A program made the translations under genes and the position numbers. DNA of 64,000 nt from an uncultured Geobacteraceae bacterium (GTDB lineage: Bacteria; Desulfobacterota; Desulfuromonadia; Geobacterales; Pseudopelobacteraceae): NCBI GenBank assembly GCA_903875605.1, contig CAIQWT010000050.1, positions 34,494 through 98,493 on the forward strand, written 5' to 3'. Every line of letters begins with the position of its first letter. Position 1 is the stretch's first letter. The notes under the pieces were generated by a model, which had not been told where the DNA came from, did not search any database, and was given only the letters and a program-made list of their open reading frames with translations. This document shows, piece after piece, positions 27,289-36,416 of the stretch.

Positions 27289-29199
27289 TCAGTTTTTTAG
27301 CCGGTTCAATCTGTTTTTATAGATATAATTTGTGCCCTGAATATACCCCAATGCGTCCATCAGTAGATCTGCCTGTGGTTTTAATACCGTAGTACCTCCA
27401 TCCTTGCGGACAAAATTAAAGTAATCTGCTTCTTTTTTCGGGCCCAGTACCAACATTCTCTGATCTTGAATGTACCCCAGTTTTTGATATGTTGAGATGA
27501 ACGCCCGTTCGGTCCAGGGATCGGTTGACAAAATATCCTTACCTATAAACGTACTGGTGTACCCAATATTCAAAAGTCCGAGCAGTGTAGGTGCAACATC
27601 TATCTGACTCATCATCCGGTCAACAACTTGCGGCTTGATGAAAGCCGGAGCATAAATAAAAAGTGGGATTTCATAATTTTTAACCGGCAACGCTAGTTTT
27701 GCAGCACTGCCGGCGCAGTGATCGGCCACTATTACAAAAATTGTGTTATTGAACCACGGTTTCTTTTTTGCCTCAGCCAGCAAACGGCCTATAGCATAAT
27801 CTGAATATTTCACACCACCATCACGCCCGGTTTTTGACGGGATATCTATCTTGCCGCCCGGGTAGGTAAAGGGCCTGTGATTGGAGGTTGTCATGACTAC
27901 GCTGAAAAAGGGCTTTTTGTCAGCATGCGAAAGATCACCCTCCTTAACGACCTTCAAAAAAAGATCCTCATCGCATACACCCCAGGCGTTGGTAAAAGAA
28001 ATTTCTTCCTTAGAAAAATTAGTCCTGTCAATCGTTCTAAATCCGTTATTTGCATAAAAATAATTCATGTTGTCGAAATAGCCATGGCCGGCATAGATAA
28101 ACTTGTTATCGTAGCCTTTTTTCTTCATGACCGATCCCCATGAAACGAAATTTTCGTTTTTAGGCCGTTTCACAACAGATGTTCCCGGCAGCGGCGGCAT
28201 AGAGAGAGTCAGTGCTTCCAAACCTCGTACTGTTCTCGTACCTGTAGCATAGAGATGTGTAAAAAAGAGTGATTCTCCGGCCAACTTGTCAAGGTTCGGC
28301 GTTATTCCCTTGTTGTTACCAAAGGACGTTAAATATTCAGCACTTAAGCTCTCTTCAATTATCAGCACAATGTTAAGATGTTTTTCTGCACCAACCGGTT
28401 TAATCACTCTGGAAATGGAGGGGGAATCCTGAGATTCAAAGCGACTGTTACTTTCCTGCAGGGCACCTTTCAGGTGAGTGAGTACTGATTTTTCATCTTT
28501 TGTGACATAAAATTTATTGAAATCAAGTTCGTTATTTCTGAAGGCCGAAAAGAGACAGAAAATGCCATTACCAGCCAATTCATCTGCATAATTATTCGGC
28601 GATATCTGCGTCATAGACAGGTCAATTGCAGCAAATGAGACAATCGGTAAGAAAAGGAACGCTGCTCCAGTTTTTAACCGGCTTCCAATGCTTGATTTAA
28701 AGCCAAATGATCGCGATAGATGTTTTTTTACCGGTAAAAAGACACCTATGTTCAGCAGAAATAATCCCGCAAGGATCGCATTAACAGGGTATGATTCTCT
28801 GATGTTACTTATAACTTCATTGGTATAAATCAGATAATCAACCGCAATAAAATTAAATCTGGTAGCAAATTCGTCAAAGAAAGTGTACTCGGCGACCACG
28901 TTAAACAGCATCATATACGTCGAAATAAACCCGACGAAGTAGGCTAATAGTTTAAAAAAAGTGCTGTTGAAAAACTTGTCCGGAAGAATAACGGCAACCA
29001 GCACAAACGGTATAGCAAAGTAGGAAAATGTAACGCAGTCAAAGAGGAAACCAACTGCATATATTTTGACTAGCAGCAGCAGTTTCAGATCGAGTTGTGG
29101 AAGCGACTTCACCAGAAGAATAGTCCGGGTTAACGCAGAAAAAATAACAATAATCAGCCAGAGTGTGTACAACGAATAAAATCTGTTTTTAGCCTGCAT
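27289..29199 (-). CDS. LtaS/MdoB-like phosphoglycerol (sulfatase-fold) transferase
   Basis: Five N-terminal TM helices plus an extracytoplasmic alkaline-phosphatase/sulfatase-like domain (NIVLIIEESLSAEY, TTSNHRPF, ADHC). Confidence 0.7.
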   Translation of the reverse strand: MQAKNRFYSLYTLWLIIVIFSALTRTILLVKSLPQLDLKLLLLVKIYAVGFLFDCVTFSYFAIPFVLVAVILPDKFFNSTFFKLLAYFVGFISTYMMLFNVVAEYTFFDEFATRFNFIAVDYLIYTNEVISNIRESYPVNAILAGLFLLNIGVFLPVKKHLSRSFGFKSSIGSRLKTGAAFLFLPIVSFAAIDLSMTQISPNNYADELAGNGIFCLFSAFRNNELDFNKFYVTKDEKSVLTHLKGALQESNSRFESQDSPSISRVIKPVGAEKHLNIVLIIEESLSAEYLTSFGNNKGITPNLDKLAGESLFFTHLYATGTRTVRGLEALTLSMPPLPGTSVVKRPKNENFVSWGSVMKKKGYDNKFIYAGHGYFDNMNYFYANNGFRTIDRTNFSKEEISFTNAWGVCDEDLFLKVVKEGDLSHADKKPFFSVVMTTSNHRPFTYPGGKIDIPSKTGRDGGVKYSDYAIGRLLAEAKKKPWFNNTIFVIVADHCAGSAAKLALPVKNYEIPLFIYAPAFIKPQVVDRMMSQIDVAPTLLGLLNIGYTSTFIGKDILSTDPWTERAFISTYQKLGYIQDQRMLVLGPKKEADYFNFVRKDGGTTVLKPQADLLMDALGYIQGTNYIYKNRLNRLKN

Positions 29200-29228
29200 A
29201 TATCTGCGTCCTTTACACTGTATTAAAT

Positions 29229-30152
29229 TCAGGGAGCTGTTACGGTAATAACCTGACTGCCTTCTCCGCCAGGATTAACTACCTGAAGGCGAAAATCCTT
29301 ATTAACCGGAGAATATGGATGCCGTTGATAAATCAATTTTGTACAGTCCATATAAATCAGCTTTTCCCGTTCAGCCATATCCAGTCCGCCACGCCCACCT
29401 ATCTGTCTACCATCCACATACACAGATGAGTTTTGAGTGAAGTTTTTCCCGGTAATACTTATTTCATAGAAGTTTACGTGCTCATTCTCAACCGTTATCT
29501 GCCCTATTTCCGGTTTGGTTTCAACTGAAATAGCCAATGGAACCGAACTGTTTTCCGGGGAGTTTTTCACCTGAACCTGGTGAAGCCCCCCCGATACATT
29601 CGGCACTGAGAAAGATATATACTCAGGCGAAATAAGGCTGCTGGAAAGGACCGAGCCATTAAAGTATAGCAGCGAAGATTCGCCGAATTTTTTGCCACGA
29701 GCCGTTATTTCACGCTCCTTGCCTACAGCACAGGAGCTAATCGTAGCCGGTTGTAAAGAAATCAGAACAGGGCGCACCGGGATGACTGTAAAATTATAAG
29801 ATTTACCGGTAATGCCGTCGGAACGTTTCAGGTAAAGAGCATACAGGCCAGTCTCCAAATGCTGAGGCACGGTGAATTCAGCCTGACTTGCGTTGGTAAC
29901 CCGTGTCGCGATTTCAGTGCTACCCAGATAAATACTGGCAAGCTCGCCGAAACCGCTCCCTGACAAAACAACCTTACTACCTGGTTCAGACTGAGCCGGA
30001 ATGATACTTAGGATTGTGACCGGTATGACCACAGGCACAGGATTTGAAACTACAGCGTTTTTTATCCGCTTCGGACGCTCAGCCGCCGACGCTTCGTACA
30101 CTACACAAAACAAAATGACAAAAATGAAAAAACGTACACATGGTATTAGCAT
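29229..30152 (-). CDS. Exported IPT/TIG-repeat protein
   Basis: Signal peptide and three Ig-like repeats of the form P..G..G..V.L.G..F. Confidence 0.55.
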   Translation of the reverse strand: MLIPCVRFFIFVILFCVVYEASAAERPKRIKNAVVSNPVPVVIPVTILSIIPAQSEPGSKVVLSGSGFGELASIYLGSTEIATRVTNASQAEFTVPQHLETGLYALYLKRSDGITGKSYNFTVIPVRPVLISLQPATISSCAVGKEREITARGKKFGESSLLYFNGSVLSSSLISPEYISFSVPNVSGGLHQVQVKNSPENSSVPLAISVETKPEIGQITVENEHVNFYEISITGKNFTQNSSVYVDGRQIGGRGGLDMAEREKLIYMDCTKLIYQRHPYSPVNKDFRLQVVNPGGEGSQVITVTAP

Positions 30153-30189
30153 GTAGAAACTCCCGAAAATTTAGATGCCGGGTAAAAAA

Positions 30190-31269
30190 TCATCCTTTAA
30201 CTGTCATGGACATCCAGACCCCACCCATCATAAATAGAACATTGGCGCCCCAGGCGGCAACAAACGGTGGTAAAACTCCACTCCTGCCATATGAAAGCAT
30301 AACCGCGTTAAACATAAAGTAAGCAAAGCCGATTCCGACACTTGCGCCGATACCCATGGCAATACCGCCGGTACGGCTGTTCCGAAGAGCAAAGGGAATT
30401 CCGAGCAATACCATGATGAGGGCTGCAAAAGGAGATGCTATTTTGGTATGCATAAGCGTTAGATAACGATAGGCCTGATAGCCACCACGTCTCAAATTTT
30501 CTGCATATTCTTTCAATGTACGGATACTCAGGTTGTCAGCATCACTATCCAGAACCTGTAGATCTTCTACTTTAAGATTTATATCTGAAATAACTGTTTC
30601 TACGTAATTAAGTTCATAACCGGCCCCATTTTTGAATTCTCTGTTAGTAGAAGAATTAAGCAGCCAGCGCCCACCGCTATAGACAGCAGTATCGGCGTCA
30701 ATCCTGCTGATAGGATTCATTGAATCATCTACATTCCAGATTACCACCCCACTCAAAGTTTGTGTTTTTGGTTCAAACAGGTGTGCCTGAAGAATCTTTG
30801 AGGATGAGCGGAACCAGATATTATTTCTTTTGAAAGTGACCCGATCACCTTTTTTCTTAATCTTAACACGATCTATCAGCTCAGTGCGTGCATAGCTATG
30901 CGGCAGAACTAATTCGGCATTAATCAATAAAAAAAAGCTGGCTGCTAGACCGAGAGTCAACATAGGCAGGGAAATTCTTAACAGGCTGATACCGCAGCTA
31001 CGCATGGCAATAATTTCACTGTCGCGTGAAAGCACCCCAAGAGTCAGCAGCGTAGCCATAAGAATTGAGAACGTAGCCGTTCGACCAACCATCTCAGGTA
31101 GCTTCCAGATAAAGTATTCCAGAATATCACTGGCAACTCCGCCGGCACGCAGAAAACGGGGGATCTTTTCAATCAGATCAATGACTAGATAAAGACCGAC
31201 AAAACCGCTTAGGCAGAGCATAAGCAATCGTAACCAGGTCTTGGCTATGTAGCGATCCAGGATGTTCAT
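30190..31269 (-). CDS. lptG: LPS export ABC permease LptG
   Basis: Start at MNILDRYIAKTWLR (typical LptG N-terminus), 1 nt after the lptF stop. YjgP/YjgQ topology. Confidence 0.8.
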   Translation of the reverse strand: MNILDRYIAKTWLRLLMLCLSGFVGLYLVIDLIEKIPRFLRAGGVASDILEYFIWKLPEMVGRTATFSILMATLLTLGVLSRDSEIIAMRSCGISLLRISLPMLTLGLAASFFLLINAELVLPHSYARTELIDRVKIKKKGDRVTFKRNNIWFRSSSKILQAHLFEPKTQTLSGVVIWNVDDSMNPISRIDADTAVYSGGRWLLNSSTNREFKNGAGYELNYVETVISDINLKVEDLQVLDSDADNLSIRTLKEYAENLRRGGYQAYRYLTLMHTKIASPFAALIMVLLGIPFALRNSRTGGIAMGIGASVGIGFAYFMFNAVMLSYGRSGVLPPFVAAWGANVLFMMGGVWMSMTVKG

Positions 31270-31270
31270 G

Positions 31271-32488
31271 TCAGGATGCTCTCCGGAAATAAGTAATAAG
31301 ATCCTTAAAGGAAAAGAGAGTAATACTCTGTTCCAGTGAGGCTTTTCGTAAAAAGAACAAACCAAGACACATAAAAATCAAATTTGGAATCCAAAGCGCA
31401 ACAACTGGGGGAATTGCTCCTCTTTCCGCCAGCGTGCGTGCAACTGACATTAATACATAATAGGAAAGAATTATTGCGATACTGATGGTGAAACCGCCTG
31501 ATTTACCTGCTCGTCGATTCTGAATTCCAAGAGGTACCGCCAGAATTGCAAAAACAAGTGAGGCAAAAGGAAAAGTAAAGCGGCTGTGAAACTCTGCCAG
31601 AACTTTTTGACGGTTTTTGGCAGGAGTGGCGGGATCGTCAATTTTACTCTGAAGCTCAGATAGCCACATATCAGGCTCATTTCTGGAAATCTCCCCACCA
31701 GCCTTCTTTTCACCAATAGTCATGCTGTATTCACCGAAATGAACAAGTCGGTAAAGACCTTTATTTCCCGCCATATGAATAGATCCATTATGGAGAGACA
31801 GCAGGAGCGCCTGACTCCCAGGGGCAGATGAAACAATTCCATCTTGAGCAAATATTGTCATGGGACGATCAGATGAACGCCCATCGTGAATAATTACACC
31901 TTTCAGTGTATTGCTTTGTTCTTCGTACAAGTCGGTATACATAACGACGCCGGGAATATCATCCCAAAAGGTCTTTTCTCTAATGGTAGCCGTAATATTC
32001 CGCTTCAAGACCTGGAAACTGAGCTCTTTAAAAGCACTGTTTCCCCATGGTACGCCAATCGTACTTGCTCCTAGAGCAAGTACGACAGCGACAAAAGCAC
32101 AGACAACTACCGGTGGCATCACTTGAAAAAGACTAATGCCGCTGGCTTTAATGACAACAATCTCGTTGTCAGCCGAAAGACGCCCAAAAGCCAGAAGTAC
32201 TGCCAACAAAAAAGCCATCGGTATAGTAAACACCAAAAATGATGGAATGAGATAAAGGATCATTCTACTGACATCCGCAAGAGGTACGCCGCGAGAAACG
32301 ACAAGATCAGTCAACGAGATCAAGCGACCCATCAGAAGAACCATGGTAAAGATGGTAATGCCAAGCAGAAAGAGCGAGGATATTTCACGAATTATGTAGA
32401 AGGAGAGAATACGTTTCACAAAACAGATGATACATGAGTGGATGAAGGGTGTAAAGCGCTCAACATACAAAAAGCGGGAATCCGACAC
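31271..32488 (-). CDS. lptF: LPS export ABC permease LptF
   Basis: YjgP/YjgQ family pattern (ILSFYIIREISSLFLLG...). The true start may be the internal GTG near 32419. Confidence 0.75.
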   Translation of the reverse strand: MSDSRFLYVERFTPFIHSCIICFVKRILSFYIIREISSLFLLGITIFTMVLLMGRLISLTDLVVSRGVPLADVSRMILYLIPSFLVFTIPMAFLLAVLLAFGRLSADNEIVVIKASGISLFQVMPPVVVCAFVAVVLALGASTIGVPWGNSAFKELSFQVLKRNITATIREKTFWDDIPGVVMYTDLYEEQSNTLKGVIIHDGRSSDRPMTIFAQDGIVSSAPGSQALLLSLHNGSIHMAGNKGLYRLVHFGEYSMTIGEKKAGGEISRNEPDMWLSELQSKIDDPATPAKNRQKVLAEFHSRFTFPFASLVFAILAVPLGIQNRRAGKSGGFTISIAIILSYYVLMSVARTLAERGAIPPVVALWIPNLIFMCLGLFFLRKASLEQSITLFSFKDLITYFRRAS

Positions 32489-32524
32489 CGGACTCCCGCT
32501 TCATAAGTCACAAAAGCAAAAAAA

Positions 32525-32905
32525 TCAGCCCTGTACAGACCACTGACCGTGAAGATTACACAACTCACGAGCCGTAACAGAGGATGCAGTCACACAGAAA
32601 AAGGCTTCAGCTACTTCACCAGGTTTCAGAAACTGGCGATACGCTTTACCGTCAGCAATTAATTCGATCCACTCTATAAAATGTTTCTCGTCCATAGGGT
32701 GTGCAACGCTGCCGACAGTAACTTTATAGCCACCTTCTACTTTTTCAATGACCGGTACATGCTTTTCCTTAGCTGCGTCAACAGTATTTTCAGTTAACTG
32801 TGACATCTCTTCCCCACAGCAGGTAAGTGAACCACCACCGGCGTGAATGGTTTCTACGATATTGCCGCACAGATTGCATTTGTAAACTTCAAGTAAATTC
32901 GCCAT
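32525..32905 (-). CDS. dfx: Desulfoferrodoxin (2Fe superoxide reductase)
   Basis: N-terminal desulforedoxin-like Cys (CNLCGN....CCGEEM), then EKHVPV and a C-terminal CNLHGQW. Confidence 0.9.
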   Translation of the reverse strand: MANLLEVYKCNLCGNIVETIHAGGGSLTCCGEEMSQLTENTVDAAKEKHVPVIEKVEGGYKVTVGSVAHPMDEKHFIEWIELIADGKAYRQFLKPGEVAEAFFCVTASSVTARELCNLHGQWSVQG

Positions 32906-32959
32906 TTTAGTTTCTCCCCTGATTGTTATGTAGTAACCCTTGTTACGGGGTTCTGGTAA

Positions 32960-33538
32960 TTACCAATTTTCTCCAAGCAGTTCAAAATGAGCTTTAGGAT
33001 GCAGGCAAGCTATACAGGTTTCGGGTGCTTCTTTACCTGTATGAAGATAACCACAGTTGCGACAGCGCCAGACAACGTCGCCATCCCGTGTAAAAACCCG
33101 ACCTGCTTCAATATTAGCCAACAGGTCACGATATCTTTTTTCATGTTGTTTTTCAGCAACTGATATAGCCGTCCAGGCAGCGGCAATTGCCGGAAACCCT
33201 TCCTCTTTAGCAATAGTTGCGAAGGCAGGATAAAGAAGGGTGTGTTCCTCATGCTCGCCATTTGCCGAAGCCAGAAGGTTTTCTGCTGTTGTTGCGATCT
33301 TGCCGGCAGGAAAACATGCGGTAATTTCAAGATCACCGCCTTCAAGGAACTTGAAGAAGCGTTTAGCGTGCTCTTTTTCCTGGTTTGCAGTCTCCTCAAA
33401 AACATCGGCGATCTGAACAAAACCCTCTTTTTTTGCAATACCAGCAAAATAAGTATAACGGTTTCTTGCCTGACTCTCTCCAGCAAAAGATTTCAACAGG
33501 TTCTGCTCGGTTTTAGTTCCTTTAATTGATGCTGCCAT
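32960..33538 (-). CDS. rbr: Rubrerythrin
   Basis: Diiron four-helix motifs (ESQARNRYTYFA, EKEHAKRF, GEHEE) and a C-terminal rubredoxin-like WRCRNCGY....CIACLHP. Confidence 0.9.
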   Translation of the reverse strand: MAASIKGTKTEQNLLKSFAGESQARNRYTYFAGIAKKEGFVQIADVFEETANQEKEHAKRFFKFLEGGDLEITACFPAGKIATTAENLLASANGEHEEHTLLYPAFATIAKEEGFPAIAAAWTAISVAEKQHEKRYRDLLANIEAGRVFTRDGDVVWRCRNCGYLHTGKEAPETCIACLHPKAHFELLGENW

Positions 33539-33581
33539 TCCGCCCCCTCTTGTTACGTTTTAAATACGACAGTTATTGTCC

Positions 33582-33609
33582 TTTATACCGCACTTTTTTT
33601 TTTTTGCAA
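33582..33609 (-). promoter_or_regulatory. Candidate sigma70 promoter of rbr; its spacer is largely a homopolymer
   Basis: Minus strand TTGCAA-N16-TATAAA, 44 nt upstream of the ATG. The spacer contains most of a 12-nt A run (T12 on the plus strand, 33594-33605). Confidence 0.4.
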
Positions 33610-33615
33610 GCAGGA

Positions 33616-33645
33616 AAATAAAAAGGGACGCATTTCTGCGTCCCC
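33616..33645 (-). terminator. Rho-independent terminator after gltA
   Basis: Minus strand GGGACGCA-GAAA-TGCGTCCC, followed by TTTTTATTTT. Confidence 0.8.
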
Positions 33646-33679
33646 AATCTTCAACATTTATTGATATAACAAATTACGG

Positions 33680-35002
33680 CTATTCGCGGCCGCCTGCAGC
33701 AGCCCATTTTTCGAGCATTGCAGTAGTTACTGATTTCGGACGCTCAAGTGCGTAGCCCAGACCACGGTCCCAAGTGATGTTAGCCATGCAACCGAGTGCG
33801 CGGCCTACACCGAACAGAACGGTGTAAAATTCAAACTCAGTCAGACCAAAGTACATCTGGATTACGCCGGACTGTGCGTCAACGTTCGGCCATGGATTTT
33901 TGGTTTTGCCGTGCTCAGTGAGAACGCCTGGAGCAACTTCAAAGATCATTGCGATAACTTTGAACAGTGGGTAGTCTTTGAGGCCTTCCGTATTTTGGCA
34001 GAACTCACGCTGTGAGGTATAGCGTGGATCAGTTTTACGGAGAACGGCGTGACCGTAACCAGGAATAACCTGACCAGCATTCAGAGTGTCCCAGAGAGCC
34101 GCTTTAATCAGTTCTGCGGTAGGCTCTACATCTTTGCAGTATTTTTCCTGGAACTTGAGGGTCCAGTCAAGAACTTCCTGATTGGCAAGACCGTGCAGCG
34201 GACCGGCAAGACCGTTCAGGCCTGCTGAGTAGGCATAATACGGATCGGACAGAGCCGAGTGTACCAAGTGAGTGGTATGTGCCGAAACGTTACCGGACTC
34301 GTGATCGGAGTGCAGGATGAAATACATACGGGCAACATCTTTGTACTCTTCACTCTGGCCGATCATATGAGCAAAGTTGGCGCCCATGTCGAGAGTTGGT
34401 TCGATTGCAATCTGTTTGTCGTTGCGATATTTCAGGTTGTAGATGAATGCGGCGATGACCGGGATACGGGCAACGATATCGCTGGCATCTTCATAGACAG
34501 ATTCCCATGCGATCATTTTGTTGAATTTGCCTGAGTTATAGAAAGCGGCAAACTTGGAGTCTTTCTGCAGTACAAGCATTGCAACGGATAGCATAACCAT
34601 CGGATGGCTGTCACGCGGTAGAGCGCGAACTGCGTCGAAAACATACTGAGGAACAACCTGACGGTCTTTCCACTCTGCAACAACTTCAGCAACCTGAGCA
34701 TCAGTCGGAACATCTCCTGTAAGAAGCATGTACCAGAAGGACTCAACGGTTGGATACGCGGAACCAGGAGCCTTAGGCAGCGCTGCAAAGGTCTCAGGGA
34801 TGGTCATGCCGCGGAAACGAATACCTTCTTGCGGATCCAGATAGGAGATATCTGTTACGAGTGAACGGATATCACGGGCACCACCGATACACTGATCGAT
34901 GGTTACTTTGTCGATAACAACCTGACCAAATTCTTTTACGAGCTTGGCGGTACGGGGACGGTGCTCCTCAATTTTCAACTTGAGTGTGTCTTTCAGGGCC
35001 AT
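33680..35002 (-). CDS. gltA: Citrate synthase, eukaryote-like type
   Basis: Long stretches match mitochondrial citrate synthase from memory: IHSDHE.GNVSAHT.HLV.SALSDPY, NGLAGPLHGLANQEVL, PGYGHAVLRKTDPRYT.QREF, KNPWPNVDA.SGV, YTVLFGV.RALG, LERPKS. Confidence 0.95.
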   Translation of the reverse strand: MALKDTLKLKIEEHRPRTAKLVKEFGQVVIDKVTIDQCIGGARDIRSLVTDISYLDPQEGIRFRGMTIPETFAALPKAPGSAYPTVESFWYMLLTGDVPTDAQVAEVVAEWKDRQVVPQYVFDAVRALPRDSHPMVMLSVAMLVLQKDSKFAAFYNSGKFNKMIAWESVYEDASDIVARIPVIAAFIYNLKYRNDKQIAIEPTLDMGANFAHMIGQSEEYKDVARMYFILHSDHESGNVSAHTTHLVHSALSDPYYAYSAGLNGLAGPLHGLANQEVLDWTLKFQEKYCKDVEPTAELIKAALWDTLNAGQVIPGYGHAVLRKTDPRYTSQREFCQNTEGLKDYPLFKVIAMIFEVAPGVLTEHGKTKNPWPNVDAQSGVIQMYFGLTEFEFYTVLFGVGRALGCMANITWDRGLGYALERPKSVTTAMLEKWAAAGGRE

Positions 35003-35119
35003 TGTTTTACTCTCCTTTTTGTTGTGTGGGGGTGAACCCGGATAAAAAGCTCTTTCATCTTCCTGGCATCAGATCCATCAGTTATTACGGGGAGAAACTG
35101 GACTCTTTTCTAGCATACT

Positions 35120-35168
35120 GTATACAATTTAATGCAGCAGTTATACTCGACCGTATACATAAAATGCA
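35120..35168. promoter_or_regulatory. Direct repeat pair upstream of gltA (candidate operator)
   Basis: Plus strand GTATACAATTTAATGCA (35120-35136) and GTATACATAAAATGCA (35153-35168). Each contains the palindrome GTATAC. Confidence 0.3.
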
Positions 35169-35189
35169 ACAATTATTTTCAAAGTAAAA

Positions 35190-36383
35190 TCAGTTCAGAA
35201 TTACCAGTTCATCGCTTGAGTGCGTGAGGCGTTTAAGCCCTTCCTCACTCAAATAAAATGTATTTTCTATACCGATTGCACCCTCTCCGGGGAAGACTAC
35301 TTTAGGCTCAAAAGCAAACGCCATACCCGTTTCCAGCGACATCTGATTGAAACCACGGGCTATAAACGGGTATTCGTCTATTTCAACACCTAGACCATGA
35401 CCGATGAAAGAAACCTGCGCACCTTTTGACCCCATAAAACTTTCGCTATAGCCCATCTGTACGGCTGACGCAAAACAGATATCATACAACGCTCCCCAAC
35501 TCATTCCCACTTCTATCGTTCGCGTCATAAGATCCTGAATAGCGATCATATTGTCATACGCTCTCCGCAATCGATCAGAAACCTGTCCGACAGAAAACAC
35601 GCGGGTCTGATCGCTCAGGTAGCCATCTACACAACCGGCAAAATCTATAATGACCGGCTCATTTTGTTCAATACGCTTTAAGCCGGCTCCCTGGCCAAAC
35701 GAGGGATTAAGACCCATACCTCCAAGCGGTGTGTCGGAATAGGCCGGAACAGCGCTGTCTGTACCGGAAAAAATTTGACCATAGCAGATATCGGAATTGA
35801 ATCCCCTCATACGGATCAAGCCTTGATGCCCGTTCTTACGGGCGGTGTACTCAAGTTCGGCTGCAACATCAAGGTCTGTCATGCCGACGTGAATGACCTC
35901 TTTGGCTCGTCGATACACAAGGTCAACCTGGTCCGCGGCATCCTTCATAAGATGAATTTCGTAATGTGATTTGATCATTCTGACTTTTCGAATTAATGGT
36001 GTTGCATCTATAAAATCGGCGCCAGTATAGAGCGTGCGATAGCGCTCATAGAAATTCACCGGAAGTACATCCAATTCCAAGCCGATTCTTTTTGGTTCCG
36101 GATATCCATATTGAGCCAGTATGCCAGGAATATCCTTTAAAGAGCTGAATGGCAAAACTTCCTTTAAGCCGGATTCCATTCTGGCTCGTCTCACATCCTT
36201 TCGCACCATAAAGAGAGGTTGCCCTGAAGCCGGAACATAAAGATTTCCGCTCTGTACTGTTCCGGTAAAATAAAACAGGTCGGCATTCTGAACAATAATA
36301 ACTGCATCCATAAATGCAGATGCCATAAGTTCCTGCAGTTTATTACAGCGGTATTCAAGCTCAATTGCGGGTGTCAGGCGCAT
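35190..36383 (-). CDS. M24-family metallopeptidase (Xaa-Pro aminopeptidase/creatinase fold)
   Basis: N-terminal creatinase-like domain plus pita-bread domain motifs (DFAGCVDGYLSDQTR, HGLGVEIDEYP, GMAFAFEP). Confidence 0.8.
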   Translation of the reverse strand: MRLTPAIELEYRCNKLQELMASAFMDAVIIVQNADLFYFTGTVQSGNLYVPASGQPLFMVRKDVRRARMESGLKEVLPFSSLKDIPGILAQYGYPEPKRIGLELDVLPVNFYERYRTLYTGADFIDATPLIRKVRMIKSHYEIHLMKDAADQVDLVYRRAKEVIHVGMTDLDVAAELEYTARKNGHQGLIRMRGFNSDICYGQIFSGTDSAVPAYSDTPLGGMGLNPSFGQGAGLKRIEQNEPVIIDFAGCVDGYLSDQTRVFSVGQVSDRLRRAYDNMIAIQDLMTRTIEVGMSWGALYDICFASAVQMGYSESFMGSKGAQVSFIGHGLGVEIDEYPFIARGFNQMSLETGMAFAFEPKVVFPGEGAIGIENTFYLSEEGLKRLTHSSDELVILN

Positions 36384-36416
36384 CTCATTCTCCCGTCAGT
36401 TTAAGTTAGATAGTTT

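Noticed and set aside
33010-33486. A 158-aa ORF in another frame of the same strand, entirely inside the rubrerythrin gene.
   Set aside because: It lies wholly within a gene whose product has unmistakable rubrerythrin motifs. Its own translation is low-complexity, with no motifs. It is a typical alternative-frame shadow ORF.
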